From assembly GCA_963793265.1 (NCBI GenBank), contig CAWBZI010000006.1:64001-128000 (forward strand): a stretch of DNA of 64,000 nt. The letters are read 5' to 3'. Position 1 is the stretch's first letter. Every line of letters begins with the position of its first letter. This DNA comes from an uncultured cyanobacterium (GTDB lineage Bacteria > Cyanobacteriota > Cyanobacteriia > Phormidesmidales > Phormidesmidaceae). The notes beneath the pieces are model-generated. The model saw only the letters and a list, made by a program, of their open reading frames with translations, was not told the origin of the DNA and did not search any database. Shown here piece after piece: positions 33,587 to 43,332 of this stretch. The position numbers and the translations under genes were made by a program.

Positions 33587-36540
33587 TCATACAGGGCTGA
33601 GCTGTTGCTTAAGCGCTGCTGGTACATTTTTAGCCGTATCCAACCCCTTTACGCTATCCCAATTTGTTTCGCTAGAGAAACAAATATCTGTAAGATCAGC
33701 ATCAATTAGGCCAACCTGACTCAGGTTAGTCGGGTTGTCAAACAAAACTCCAAGACCATGGTCAAAATTGGCCTTTGCCAAATTAGCTCCGTTGAGATCA
33801 GAGTTAGAGAGATTAGCGCCGCCAAAATTCGCGTGACTGAGGTCGGCACGAGTAAGAGTAGCTTGACAAAGGTTGGCGCACTGAAGATCAGCGCCCTTCA
33901 AGTTAGAACCGTAAAGCTGAGCTTGGTCGAGATAGGCGAAAGCGAGGTGAGCGTTGCTGAGGTTAGTCTCTATCAGTACAGCTCGACTAAGGTCAGCTTC
34001 AAAAAGCTCAGCTCCACTGAGATCAATTCCGCTAAGATTAGCTCCACTAAGGTCAATACCAATGAGATAAGCGTTATGAAGGTGACGACCGACAGTTCTC
34101 GCAAAATCAGAGGCACGAATAGTTTGGCTGTAGCTGATAATTCGTAGCAACCTCCCGGTATCAGCGGGATCTTCGTCTATGTTTCCGCAGGGATGAAATC
34201 GTAAACAGTTATCGTTCGAATCTTTCTGTTGCCCGTAGAAATATGCCTCAAAGCAAAATCATTACGTTTAGCCCAGCATAGATATCCACTTGTCGTAGAC
34301 CTGTATCATTCGTAGCTTTAAGCTGCATCATCTTGCTTTGAGGCATATTTCTACCTGGCGCTTCGTCTATATAGATTCCTTCGCTCCAATTTTCATAGAA
34401 ATTGCGGAGCCGTTGAAACAGTCGTACGATATTGTCTAATTCAGTTTTAGAAAAAAGCAGCTCTTTTATATATTCGAAGATATCGTCAGTAAACGCTCCA
34501 TAGCCGAATAGATCATAGATTTGCCTAGCAACCTCGCTATCGCTTAAGCGAAGTCGCCCGCGCTTGTCCATCTCTACCCAATGCTCGAAGGCATATTTCA
34601 GCCGCTCTGCAAATAAAAACTCCCCAAAGCTTTTGTGCGCAAACTCTACTGAGCCAGCTTTATCCCCTTCTCCTGGCTTCAAATAAAACGCCGTCAGCAA
34701 ATTATTCAGTGTCTTGTCTTCCGTTTTTTTCGTCTCGGCTTGAGCCTGCTTCAATAGCTCAGCCACCGGATTAGAACTATCTATAAATCGGCTCTTAAGC
34801 ATCGTCAGCTTTGCTGTTTCATTCCCCGACTGCACTACACACAGCGCTGCCTCCTGCAACACCTGCCGTAAATCCTCTGCATCGAGGCCAGAGATACGAT
34901 CATTCAATGCCTGTCGTTGCCGCTCCAGCACCCACCGTACTGACTCGTCATACACACGCACTTTGGCCTGCATACCCTCAACGCCCGCGAACATTTCAGC
35001 ATTCAAATGCTTCTCGCGGTGCAGGCGTCCCAGCAGGTATAGCAGTAAGGGTTCTCGTGCTAACTGATTGCTAATATCTTCTGGGCAAGCAGTCAAGAAT
35101 GCTTGAAACCCATCAGTCTCCTCCTTACCAAACAGAGTGGCCCAGTTGCCTAACCACTCGTCTCGCTGAGTATCCGTTATCGGCTCTAATCTCACCCTCA
35201 CCAAATTATTAGTTTGAGTCAGCATCCGATCCACGCCTTGCAACGCTAGGGGTCGCCCAGTCACCAAACACTGATGATGACTATCTTTTTGAAAGGCGCA
35301 AAGTTGCTGTATTAGCTCTACCAGCCCACCACTTTCGCGGCCTTGCAATAGCAGCTCGTCAAAGCCATCGAAGATTAAGAGGAACCGCGTGTTTTCGTCA
35401 GTCAACCATCCGCTGTCGCTTTGAACAAAATCTAGCGTCTCTAGATGATTATTTAAGGTCTTTGTCAGGTTGTTCTCCAAGACCTTGACTTCGCGTAGCC
35501 GGATAATAATTGGGATGAACGCTGGATATAGCTCTAGTCGAACGGATGCCGCCAGCATTCGGCAAAATACAGATTTTCCGCGACCAGCATCACCTTCTAA
35601 AAATCCGACCTGGCGAGGTTTAGATTCCTCTAGTAGTTTCATCGCCCACTCATTGATGCCGATTGGCTCGTCATCCATTTCCTTACCCGTAACATCTAAG
35701 GGCTGCGCCGTCAATGGCACATAGAGGTCATTAAAGGTCACCAGCGGATCGGCTTCATCAAATACCTGTTCGTAGGGAAGCGGTTCAATATTCTTTGCTA
35801 AATAGCCTTCGATGCTGCTAAATTTTTCCTGCAAGAGTAGTCCGTTAGATCTCAAAAACTTATCTAATGGATCGCCGTCGTGGTTGAGTTCTGCAACTGC
35901 ACCGTGAAAATATCTTGCAGTGCCCCAAGCCACTTTATCTACCAGTACTTTTACTTGCCAAGCGGGTAGTTCAGCCGAAGATAAAACTTCACTTAGGGCT
36001 TCGTCAGAGGCTTCGATTAGCTCAGAGTTTCTTAGGTGAGTGAGGGTTTGTTGCGATCGCGCCTTACTTAACTCAACCGTCTCACTCTTTGCCAACTGCA
36101 GCTTCAGCACCTTTGCAAGATTCACCTCTGCCAATACGGATTTTGTCTTATCATCAGCGTGATCTAGCACACCACCCAAACTTTCTAGATAAGCCATTTG
36201 TACTGCGATCACAACCGAATCAGATAAAGTCGGCTCTACCTTCGTCACGTCCCTATAAATTCGCAGCAGATCGATTCCTATCGCAGCAAACGGCAGCGTG
36301 GAGGTCGCCAGCTTAGTCACAGGTGTATCAAGTAATTTGAAAAATGAATCTACACGGTCTAAATCCTTCAGCGTTTCCAGCTTTGGAGCGGACTCCCGCC
36401 AAGCTTTACCCAAGCCAGCCGTCGCATTCACCGCACTAATCGACTTCTCTGCCAGCTTTCCCCAGGGCAATTTAGCCGCATCCTTCAGCCACTCACCGAA
36501 ACCCGCTCAAACTCTGCATCGCGCCGCTATCCTTTGCCAT
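33587..36540 (-). pseudogene. NACHT NTPase with C-terminal pentapeptide repeats, broken by frameshifts at ~36507 and ~34250
   Basis: Walker A GDAGRGKS, Walker B LLIFDGFDE, EPLLLYLL and EFAHKSFGEF. The downstream frame continues AYFYGQQ..FHPCG..LLRIIS into A(D/N)Lxx repeats. The upstream ATG at 36540 is one base out of frame. Confidence 0.8.
34235..34354. repeat. perfect 22-bp inverted repeat with a 76-bp spacer
   Basis: GTAGAAATATGCCTCAAAGCAA (34235-34256) / TTGCTTTGAGGCATATTTCTAC (34333-34354). Confidence 0.9.
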
Positions 36541-36657
36541 TCTCTAGCTAAGGTAGCGCAGAAACGTAAGCCACCATTCAGCAACTGAGTAGAATATAGG
36601 TAGCACTCAGAATATCTTTTTCAAGAGTTGACATCTTAACTATCGTCAAACAATCCT

Positions 36658-36981
36658 ATGCAGTTAGAAGACTACTTCAACTTTTTAGAGCCATACGACA
36701 TTCGCTTACAAGGTAGCCGTATTGGCATCGAAACTGTCTTATATGACTACATATTTAGAGCAATGACGGCTGAAGAGATTGCTCAGAAGTGGACAACGCT
36801 AAGCTTAGAGCAAATCTACGCCACTATTCTTTACTACCTGCACAACAAGGAAGCCGTTGATCGGTACATCGCGGACTGGATTGAATATGGCAATCAGATG
36901 CGCAAAGAGCAAGCAGAAAATCCTTCACCCTTTACGCTTAGAATGCGAGCCTTGAAGAAAGAGCGGGCAACAGCTCAATAA
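36658..36981 (+). CDS. DUF433 domain protein (putative antitoxin)
   Basis: IRLQGSRIGIETVL...AEEIAQKWTTLSLEQIYATILYY. Confidence 0.8.
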   Translation: MQLEDYFNFLEPYDIRLQGSRIGIETVLYDYIFRAMTAEEIAQKWTTLSLEQIYATILYYLHNKEAVDRYIADWIEYGNQMRKEQAENPSPFTLRMRALKKERATAQ

Positions 36982-37343
36982 TGCTCAAGTACTTGATCGA
37001 CGAAAATTTATCTCCGCTATACGCCCAGCAGCTTAGGCGAAAAAGGCCCGATTTAGTTGTCCGAGCAGTTGGAGAACCAGGCGTTCCTAGTACAGGAACG
37101 CTCGACCCAGACATACTGAGCTGGTGTGAGCAAAATCATTTTGTACTATTTACTAACAACAGGAGATCCATGCCTGTGCACTTGCGGGATCATCTCGCAG
37201 AAGGCCGTCACATACCTGGAATTTTGACGTTAAACGCGAAAATGAGTATTGGTGAAACGGTTGATGAGCTAATTGCAGTGGCTGAAGCGGCGTTTGATGA
37301 TGAATTTCAAGATCGAATTGATTATCTGCCTGTCAGTCAATAA
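36981..37343 (+). CDS. DUF5615 / PIN-like toxin
   Basis: LKYLIDENL, GTLDPDILSWCE, LFTNNRRSM; TAATG stop/start overlap with the DUF433 gene. Confidence 0.8.
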   Translation: MLKYLIDENLSPLYAQQLRRKRPDLVVRAVGEPGVPSTGTLDPDILSWCEQNHFVLFTNNRRSMPVHLRDHLAEGRHIPGILTLNAKMSIGETVDELIAVAEAAFDDEFQDRIDYLPVSQ

Positions 37344-37347
37344 TCGC

Positions 37348-38175
37348 TTAACCTTTCACACCACTACCCGTTTCTGAAGGCACGATGTAGCGCTGAGCCA
37401 GTACGAAAAACAGAATTACCGGCACAATCGAAATTACCGAACCTGCGGCAATCAATCGCCAGTCGAGAGAGAAGCTACCGGCTAGTTTGGCGACGCCTAG
37501 AGGCAAAGTGTAGTATTCAGGTCGATCCAGAATTAGTAGAGGCCATAGGAAGTCGCTCCATGAGCCTATGAAGACAAAGATGGCAAGGGTGACTAAGGCT
37601 GGGCGTACGGATGGAATCATGATGTGCCACCAGATGCCTAGCTCGGTGCAACCATCGATGCGGGCGGCTTCTTCAAGTTCTTTGGGGACTGATTGGAAGG
37701 CTTGGCGCATGAGGAAAATGCCAAAGGCTGAGGCCACTGCTGGGAAGATTGCGCCGATGTATGAGTTGGTGAGGCCGAGCTGCACGGTGAGGATGTACAG
37801 CGGAATCATCACGATTTGGAAGGGGATGAGGATGGTGGAGACAATAAGGGAGAAGAGGAGTTCTCGGCCTTTAAAGTTGAGGCGAGCTAGGGGATAGGCG
37901 GCTAAAGAGCAGAGGGTTAGGTTGAGGATGACGGTGACAACAGCGATTAGGGTGCTGTTGAAGAAGTAGCGGCCAAAGGGGTTGGACTGCCATACCTTGA
38001 GGAAGTTGCCGAAGGTTGGGGCTTGGGGTAGAAACTGCGGTGGGAATTGGAAGAGATTTTCGGCAGAGCCTTTGAAGGCGGTGCTGATAAGCCAGAGCAA
38101 AGGGAGGAGCATGACCAGAGCGATCGCACCCAGCACCCCATACATCAAAATTGTCCGCCCCCATCCCCGCTTCAT
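37348..38175 (-). CDS. carbohydrate ABC transporter permease (MalG-type)
   Basis: EAA loop ELEEAARIDG, WSDFLWPL and six transmembrane helices. Confidence 0.9.
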   Translation of the reverse strand: MKRGWGRTILMYGVLGAIALVMLLPLLWLISTAFKGSAENLFQFPPQFLPQAPTFGNFLKVWQSNPFGRYFFNSTLIAVVTVILNLTLCSLAAYPLARLNFKGRELLFSLIVSTILIPFQIVMIPLYILTVQLGLTNSYIGAIFPAVASAFGIFLMRQAFQSVPKELEEAARIDGCTELGIWWHIMIPSVRPALVTLAIFVFIGSWSDFLWPLLILDRPEYYTLPLGVAKLAGSFSLDWRLIAAGSVISIVPVILFFVLAQRYIVPSETGSGVKG

Positions 38176-38188
38176 CTACCCAACACCA

Positions 38189-39082
38189 CTATCCAAAATC
38201 CCTATCCTGCATCAGCCAAAGCCCAGCAAAAGACTCCGACTCAGGGCTATCTTGCACCGCTAAAAAGTGCACACCATTCGCTGCGGCCTTCGCCTTTTCA
38301 AACTGCTCACCTTCCGCCTGCGTTGCAGGCCCAACCAAGTCCGCCAGCAGCCAAGTTTCAATCGTGCCGGTATCCATCAGCATCCGAGCCGTGTCCGTAT
38401 TGCCAGAGACATAGTTTGTCGTCTCTTCACGACCTGCGCGTACATTGGCCACCTCTAACCCAGACATCCAAGCGGCCAAAGGCACCGCTCGGTTTGAGTA
38501 GATAATAAACCCAGGAATTGGCGTATCGTCTGCCACACCTACCACCGCAGGCGCAAAAGACTCACCAAATCCAACATCCCACTCACCTATGTCAGCAAAA
38601 TCTTTAGCAGGCAAACTTACCAGCGCCCACTTATTTCCCTTAAGCGCGTCAGGCAGCGGATTTACTAGCTCCAAAGGCTTAGCGACCGAAGGTGAAATAC
38701 TCTCCTGATAGCCAGGCTCGTTAGGATACACATTCTTTTTGCGCTCCTCTAGCCACTGTTGAAGCGCCAGCGTACGCCGACTCGGATAGGGCAGCAAACC
38801 CGTCTCCTCGCATGCTCGCTTGATCATGTTTTGCATTTGATAGCGAAAGTAGCGCACCCGCGTTGGCGGCTCGTTAGTCTGCGCCAGCGCTTCCTCCATT
38901 GCCATCTTGAGCTGATCGGAATTCACTTCGCTATTGGAGACGTATTTGCTGTAGCGAAACAGCTTAGCGGGATCGTCATCTACCGACTGTAAGCCCTCGC
39001 AAATCAGTATTTCCCAGCGTTTTTTCTTACGCTCGTCCAAGATCGGTCTAGAGTAAAAATCTAGCTCCCAAACAGTGCCCAT
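38189..39082 (-). CDS. Tab2/Atab2 family RNA-binding protein
   Basis: WELDFYSRPILDERKKKRWE and HFLAVQDSPESESFAGLWLM. Confidence 0.9.
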   Translation of the reverse strand: MGTVWELDFYSRPILDERKKKRWEILICEGLQSVDDDPAKLFRYSKYVSNSEVNSDQLKMAMEEALAQTNEPPTRVRYFRYQMQNMIKRACEETGLLPYPSRRTLALQQWLEERKKNVYPNEPGYQESISPSVAKPLELVNPLPDALKGNKWALVSLPAKDFADIGEWDVGFGESFAPAVVGVADDTPIPGFIIYSNRAVPLAAWMSGLEVANVRAGREETTNYVSGNTDTARMLMDTGTIETWLLADLVGPATQAEGEQFEKAKAAANGVHFLAVQDSPESESFAGLWLMQDRDFG

Positions 39083-39086
39083 AGTT

Positions 39087-39968
39087 TTAGTTGTTGTCGC
39101 CTTCAGACAGCGTTTTCGCAGCGTTTTTAGCGCGCTCTTCAGCCTCGGCCATCATCGTTTGCATATCTTTTAATATCTCACCAGGGTACTTCTCAAGCAC
39201 CTGTGTAGACAGTGCAATCCGGCCCTTTTCCTCATCAATGTTAAGCACAACGGCCTTAATTGGATCGCCAACCTTGAAGACATCGCCCAGAGCAGAGATG
39301 TAGCTTTTGCTAATTTGCTTAATGTGTAGCAAACCAGAAGCGCCGCCAAAGTCTATAAACGCGCCAAACGGCTTGAGCGAAGCAACTGTGCCCTCAACTA
39401 ACTCGCCTTTGGTTAGATGGCTCATTGCTGAAGCCCGCGCTGCTACTCGTTCAGAGAGCAGCAGCTTATTATTCTCCTCGTCTACTTCTAGAAAGGCCAC
39501 GTTGATAGGCTGACCCATCAGCGTATCGAGATCTTCAACTCGCTTAGCCAGGTGGGAGCGGGGAATAAACGCCCGCAGTCCACTTACATCTGCGGTGACG
39601 CCGCCTTTATTGCTGCCAGAGATAGTCACTTCTATCACGTCACCATTTTCCTGACGCTCTTTGAGCTTTTCCCATAGGGCTTTAATTTCCATGGCGCGAA
39701 TGGAAATGATCATTTGGCCATCGGCATCTTGACCGCGTGTGATTATAAACTTGCGCTCGGTGCCAATGGGCAGCACTTCTTCGAGCGGGCCTTCTGATTC
39801 TATAGAGAGTTCTTTGGTCGGCAAAAAGGCTGCCGATTTGCCGCCAATATCAACATAGGCCCCATCTGATTCATGGGTTTCGACTTTACCAGTGACGACG
39901 CTACCGCGCTCAAACTGATAATCTTGCTGCTCTAGGGCTTTCGCGAAATCTTCGGCTGAAAATGTCAA
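39087..39968 (-). CDS. S1-domain protein (ribosomal protein S1 paralogue)
   Basis: Three S1 repeats (GAYVDIGGKS, GLRAFIPRSHL, FGAFIDFGGASGLLHI). Confidence 0.85.
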   Translation of the reverse strand: MTFSAEDFAKALEQQDYQFERGSVVTGKVETHESDGAYVDIGGKSAAFLPTKELSIESEGPLEEVLPIGTERKFIITRGQDADGQMIISIRAMEIKALWEKLKERQENGDVIEVTISGSNKGGVTADVSGLRAFIPRSHLAKRVEDLDTLMGQPINVAFLEVDEENNKLLLSERVAARASAMSHLTKGELVEGTVASLKPFGAFIDFGGASGLLHIKQISKSYISALGDVFKVGDPIKAVVLNIDEEKGRIALSTQVLEKYPGEILKDMQTMMAEAEERAKNAAKTLSEGDNN

Positions 39969-40239
39969 CGGAGAAGTCTCCTTTCAAGTTGATATATAGA
40001 CTCTTCAATATATCGGGTTATTGGTGATTTTCGCTTGAGCGACGTAAAACGCTATATCTGCTACGCAAACGTCACTGAGTTATCGTCAAGTTTTATTGAG
40101 CGGACTCTTAAAAAATAAAATCATCTACCACGAACGGCTAATTCCCGACTAATCTCTAGGTAGAGATAGTCTATATAATTCAACGTGCGATCGCATTTTT
40201 CGTCACGTTGCCGATCCGCCGAATAAGGGGCACGCAACC

Positions 40240-41223
40240 GTGGTTCAATTCCATATCCAAACCGACAGCGAAATACCGGCATCCACGCAGCTTTACGACC
40301 AAATTTGGTTTGCGATCGCCTCTCGCCAATATCCACCCGGATACCGTCTGCCCAGTACCCGCCAGCTTGCCATGCAAACCGGGCTACACCGCAACACTAT
40401 CAGCAAGGTATACCGCCAGCTAGAAGATGCGGGCGTAGTCGAGGCCATGCCAGGCTCGGGCATTTACGTACGCGCAGAGGGCACCACAGATATTGTGAAA
40501 CCGGGCTCGCCGCTGCTGGATAAGTTTCCGAAGGCCCAAGAGCTAGTAGAGAATAGCTTAGACGAACTGCTCAGGCAGGGATGTTCGCTGCATCAGGCCC
40601 GTGAACTGTTTATGACTGAAGTTGACTGGCGGCTGCGCTGTAGCGCTCGGGTGCTAGTGACGATTCAGCGCGAAGATGGGGCGGGCGAGCTGATGGTGCG
40701 TGAGCTAGAGCAGGCGCTGAAGATTCCGGTGCAGCTTGTGCCTTTAGAAGAATTAGATCAGGTGTTGGCGCAAACCCGGTCGGGTACGGTGGTGACGAGT
40801 CGGTATTACGTGAATGAGGCAGAGGCGATCGCGGCTCCAAAATCCGTCCGCGTCATCCCTATCGACATCTACGACTACGCCAAAGAGCGCGAGCTGCTTA
40901 AGAACCTTCCTAAAGACACCTGCCTTGGTCTAGTCAGCCTCAGCAGCGGTATCATCCGCATTGCCGAGGTTCTTTCCTACAGCCTACGCGGCGATGACAT
41001 CTTAGTGATGACTGCTCAGACTGAGGATTCACAAAAGCTATCAGCCGTTGTCCGTAGCGCTCAAACGATTGTGGCGCTAGATACAGCAAGCTATCCAGCA
41101 ATCAAAGAAGCTTTACTTGCCGCCCGCAATGACATCATTCGGCCACCCGAAATCATTCGCTGCGAAAACTACATTGGTGAGAAGTCAATTGGTAGGCTCA
41201 AGCGAGAGTTAGGACTAGATTAA
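40240..41223 (+). CDS. plmA: GntR-family regulator, PlmA subfamily
   Basis: VQFHIQTDSEIPASTQL...RLPSTRQLAMQTGLHRNTISKVY winged HTH. Confidence 0.85.
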   Translation: MVQFHIQTDSEIPASTQLYDQIWFAIASRQYPPGYRLPSTRQLAMQTGLHRNTISKVYRQLEDAGVVEAMPGSGIYVRAEGTTDIVKPGSPLLDKFPKAQELVENSLDELLRQGCSLHQARELFMTEVDWRLRCSARVLVTIQREDGAGELMVRELEQALKIPVQLVPLEELDQVLAQTRSGTVVTSRYYVNEAEAIAAPKSVRVIPIDIYDYAKERELLKNLPKDTCLGLVSLSSGIIRIAEVLSYSLRGDDILVMTAQTEDSQKLSAVVRSAQTIVALDTASYPAIKEALLAARNDIIRPPEIIRCENYIGEKSIGRLKRELGLD

Positions 41224-41247
41224 ACAGACGTAGCTATGAGAAGACAA

Positions 41248-41282
41248 AAGCACCAGGAAGGTAATTGCCCTCTTGGTGCTTC
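41248..41282 (+). terminator. terminator after plmA
   Basis: AAGCACCAGGA...TCTTGGTGCTT hairpin with a T-rich tail. Confidence 0.55.
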
Positions 41283-41297
41283 TGCTCTTTTAAGGAC

Positions 41298-41325
41298 GAA
41301 ATGATATCACATGTAGTATCGTTTC
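41298..41325. promoter_or_regulatory. imperfect 28-bp palindrome, candidate HicB operator
   Basis: GAAATGATATCACA|TGTAGTATCGTTTC, 11 of 14 positions symmetric, ~60 bp upstream of hicB. Confidence 0.45.
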
Positions 41326-41387
41326 TGTGTAAGTGAGAAGTATGAGAGTGTAAAAAGTCGTTTGCGTTCTCAAGTTGAAAGAATAGT

Positions 41388-41861
41388 ATGGACAGCAGTG
41401 AGAATAACAAACCATTAGAGTTTTATCTGAGCCTTGACTATCCAATCACGCTTTATCCAGAGGAGGCGGGCGGATTCACTGTCGAGATCAAAGATCTGCC
41501 AGGTTGCCTTAGTCAGGGTGAAACCGTTGAAGAAGCTTACGAAATGATTGCAGAAGCTCGTGAGCTATGGATAGAGTCGTGCTACGAGGACGAGGTTCCC
41601 ATTCCGCTACCTCACACAATGGCGACTTACAGCGGTAAAACAATGTTGAGAATGCCAACGTATTTGCATGAGCGGCTGGCTAGAAGTGCTAAGCGTGAAG
41701 GGGTTAGCCTGAACCAATACCTTGTATCTGTACTGAGTGAGCAAGATGCTTTGCGAGGCGTTAAAGACGAGCTGGCTAGCATTCGTGAATACGTGGAGAA
41801 AAAAGAGCCGGTACCGGCAGTGGAAGCTTCAGCCTATTTGGTGAGCGAGCCTGCAAAGTAG
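41388..41861 (+). CDS. HicB-family antitoxin
   Basis: GGFTVEIKDLPGCLSQGETVEEA N-domain plus YSGKTMLRMP..LHERLA..AKREGVSLNQY ribbon-helix-helix. Confidence 0.85.
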   Translation: MDSSENNKPLEFYLSLDYPITLYPEEAGGFTVEIKDLPGCLSQGETVEEAYEMIAEARELWIESCYEDEVPIPLPHTMATYSGKTMLRMPTYLHERLARSAKREGVSLNQYLVSVLSEQDALRGVKDELASIREYVEKKEPVPAVEASAYLVSEPAK

Positions 41862-41999
41862 CAGCGGTAAAGTCATAGATTGCGGTTATAGCTGGCTAAA
41901 GAATTGTGTATTGTCGCACATTAGAGAGGGGTCATGCTGCATTGTATTAAACACTGTTTAGACGAGCTTATTGAAAACCTTAAGCCCAGCCATTCCGCT

Positions 42000-42329
42000 A
42001 TGAGCAACACACAGACAGCCGAGAGCAAGCCTTCAACTGAGGGGGAGTACAACGGAGAGATACAAATTAAAGTCTCTAAAACTTTGCACCAAAAGCTGGC
42101 GAATGCTGCCGAGCGTGAGGGTGTTGACTTAAGTCAGTATTTGGCGACGTTGCTGAGCGAGCAAAATGCTTTTTCCTCAATGGGTCAGGCCGTTAGCGAC
42201 GTTCAGCAAAAGCTAAATGAGCTGAATAGACAGTTGCGCCTGACTGAATCTTCGGCTAATAATCGCCGGGAGCGCGTTACTTACGACAATCGATATATCG
42301 AAGATCCAGATTCAGGATTGAATGACTAA
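42000..42329 (+). CDS. HicB-like ribbon-helix-helix protein with a coiled-coil tail
   Basis: YNGEIQIKVSKTLHQKLANAAEREGVDLSQYLATLLSE parallels the C-domain of the upstream HicB. Confidence 0.65.
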   Translation: MSNTQTAESKPSTEGEYNGEIQIKVSKTLHQKLANAAEREGVDLSQYLATLLSEQNAFSSMGQAVSDVQQKLNELNRQLRLTESSANNRRERVTYDNRYIEDPDSGLND

Positions 42330-42354
42330 GGCACTTTGCAGCAGTCGCCTGTTA

Positions 42355-43254
42355 TCAAGCCTCAGCGCTAACTAGCTGCTCAGCATTTTCTACATCAGCG
42401 CCTTTCAAGAAGGCATTTGTAATTTCCAGGTACCGCTCAGCGTCTTCCATCATGGGAAAGTGAGCGGTATTTGGCATGAGTACATACTGCATTTGCTCGC
42501 TGATGTCGGCGGCCTGTTTGCCTAGTTTGGCGGGCGTAATTTGGTCGTATTCACCGGACACCATCAGCGTAGGCACCTTTAAGTTTTTGAAGGCGATTGG
42601 CATGACTTCGGTGGCGTGTTTGCTCACCGCCGCTTTTAGCGTCCCCATCGATGTGGGGCCATCGGCCATTAGGAAGTCGTTGAGGAAGGCTTTTTTCTCG
42701 GATAGAGGAATGGAGCCTTTGAGGAAGCGCTGCATGAATAGTTGCGGCGCGAAGGGGATTTGGCCAAGCCATTTGGGGCGAAAGGCGACGACGCCACCGC
42801 CGAAGAAGTAGAACAGCTCGAAGGCTATTTTTTGGTAGGGGAAGCTGCCGTTGCAGGTGAGGATTGCTCGCTTTACGCGCTCGGGGTAGCGGTCTAAAAA
42901 GTACAGCCCTGCGGTGCCGCCGAGTGAGTGGGCGTTCATGTATACAGGCTGATTGAGGTTCAGGGTGTCTAGAAGTACGGCAAGATCTTCGGCAAAGCTT
43001 TCTAGTGAGCTGAGGGAAGGGTCTGCGGCCATGGCTTCTGGGGGAGCGGGGTGCGATCGCCCAAATCCCCTCATGTCATAAAGCAAGCAATCATACTCAT
43101 CTTTAATCGCCTCAGCCGTCGATTCCCAATACCGAGCAGATCCGGCCCAACCATGCAAAAAGACCATCACTGGCTTGGAGTAGTCGCCAGGATGGTCTTG
43201 CGTAGAAATCCATTCGTAGTAGTGATCAACCCCGTTTACGCTGACGTAAGGCAT
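42355..43254 (-). CDS. alpha/beta fold hydrolase
   Basis: FLHGWAGS, YDMRGFGRS, AHSLGG nucleophile elbow, GEYD and AHFPM. Confidence 0.88.
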   Translation of the reverse strand: MPYVSVNGVDHYYEWISTQDHPGDYSKPVMVFLHGWAGSARYWESTAEAIKDEYDCLLYDMRGFGRSHPAPPEAMAADPSLSSLESFAEDLAVLLDTLNLNQPVYMNAHSLGGTAGLYFLDRYPERVKRAILTCNGSFPYQKIAFELFYFFGGGVVAFRPKWLGQIPFAPQLFMQRFLKGSIPLSEKKAFLNDFLMADGPTSMGTLKAAVSKHATEVMPIAFKNLKVPTLMVSGEYDQITPAKLGKQAADISEQMQYVLMPNTAHFPMMEDAERYLEITNAFLKGADVENAEQLVSAEA

Positions 43255-43332
43255 TCGCAGTTCTTCTTATTTTCTCGTCGTCAAAAGATTATAAAAAGGA
43301 ACAGAATCGCCTTGTCGTTACCGACACAAAGC

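Noticed and set aside
33587..34150. Pentapeptide ORF as an independent gene
   Set aside because: Its frame stays open upstream to the NACHT frameshift, so it is best read as the C-terminus of the NACHT gene.
34257..34332. Invertible (phase-variable) segment between the 22-bp inverted repeats
   Set aside because: Inverting the spacer gives an early stop (AGC AAA ATC ATT ACG TTT AGC CCA GCA TAG) and does not restore the frame. No recombinase is encoded nearby.
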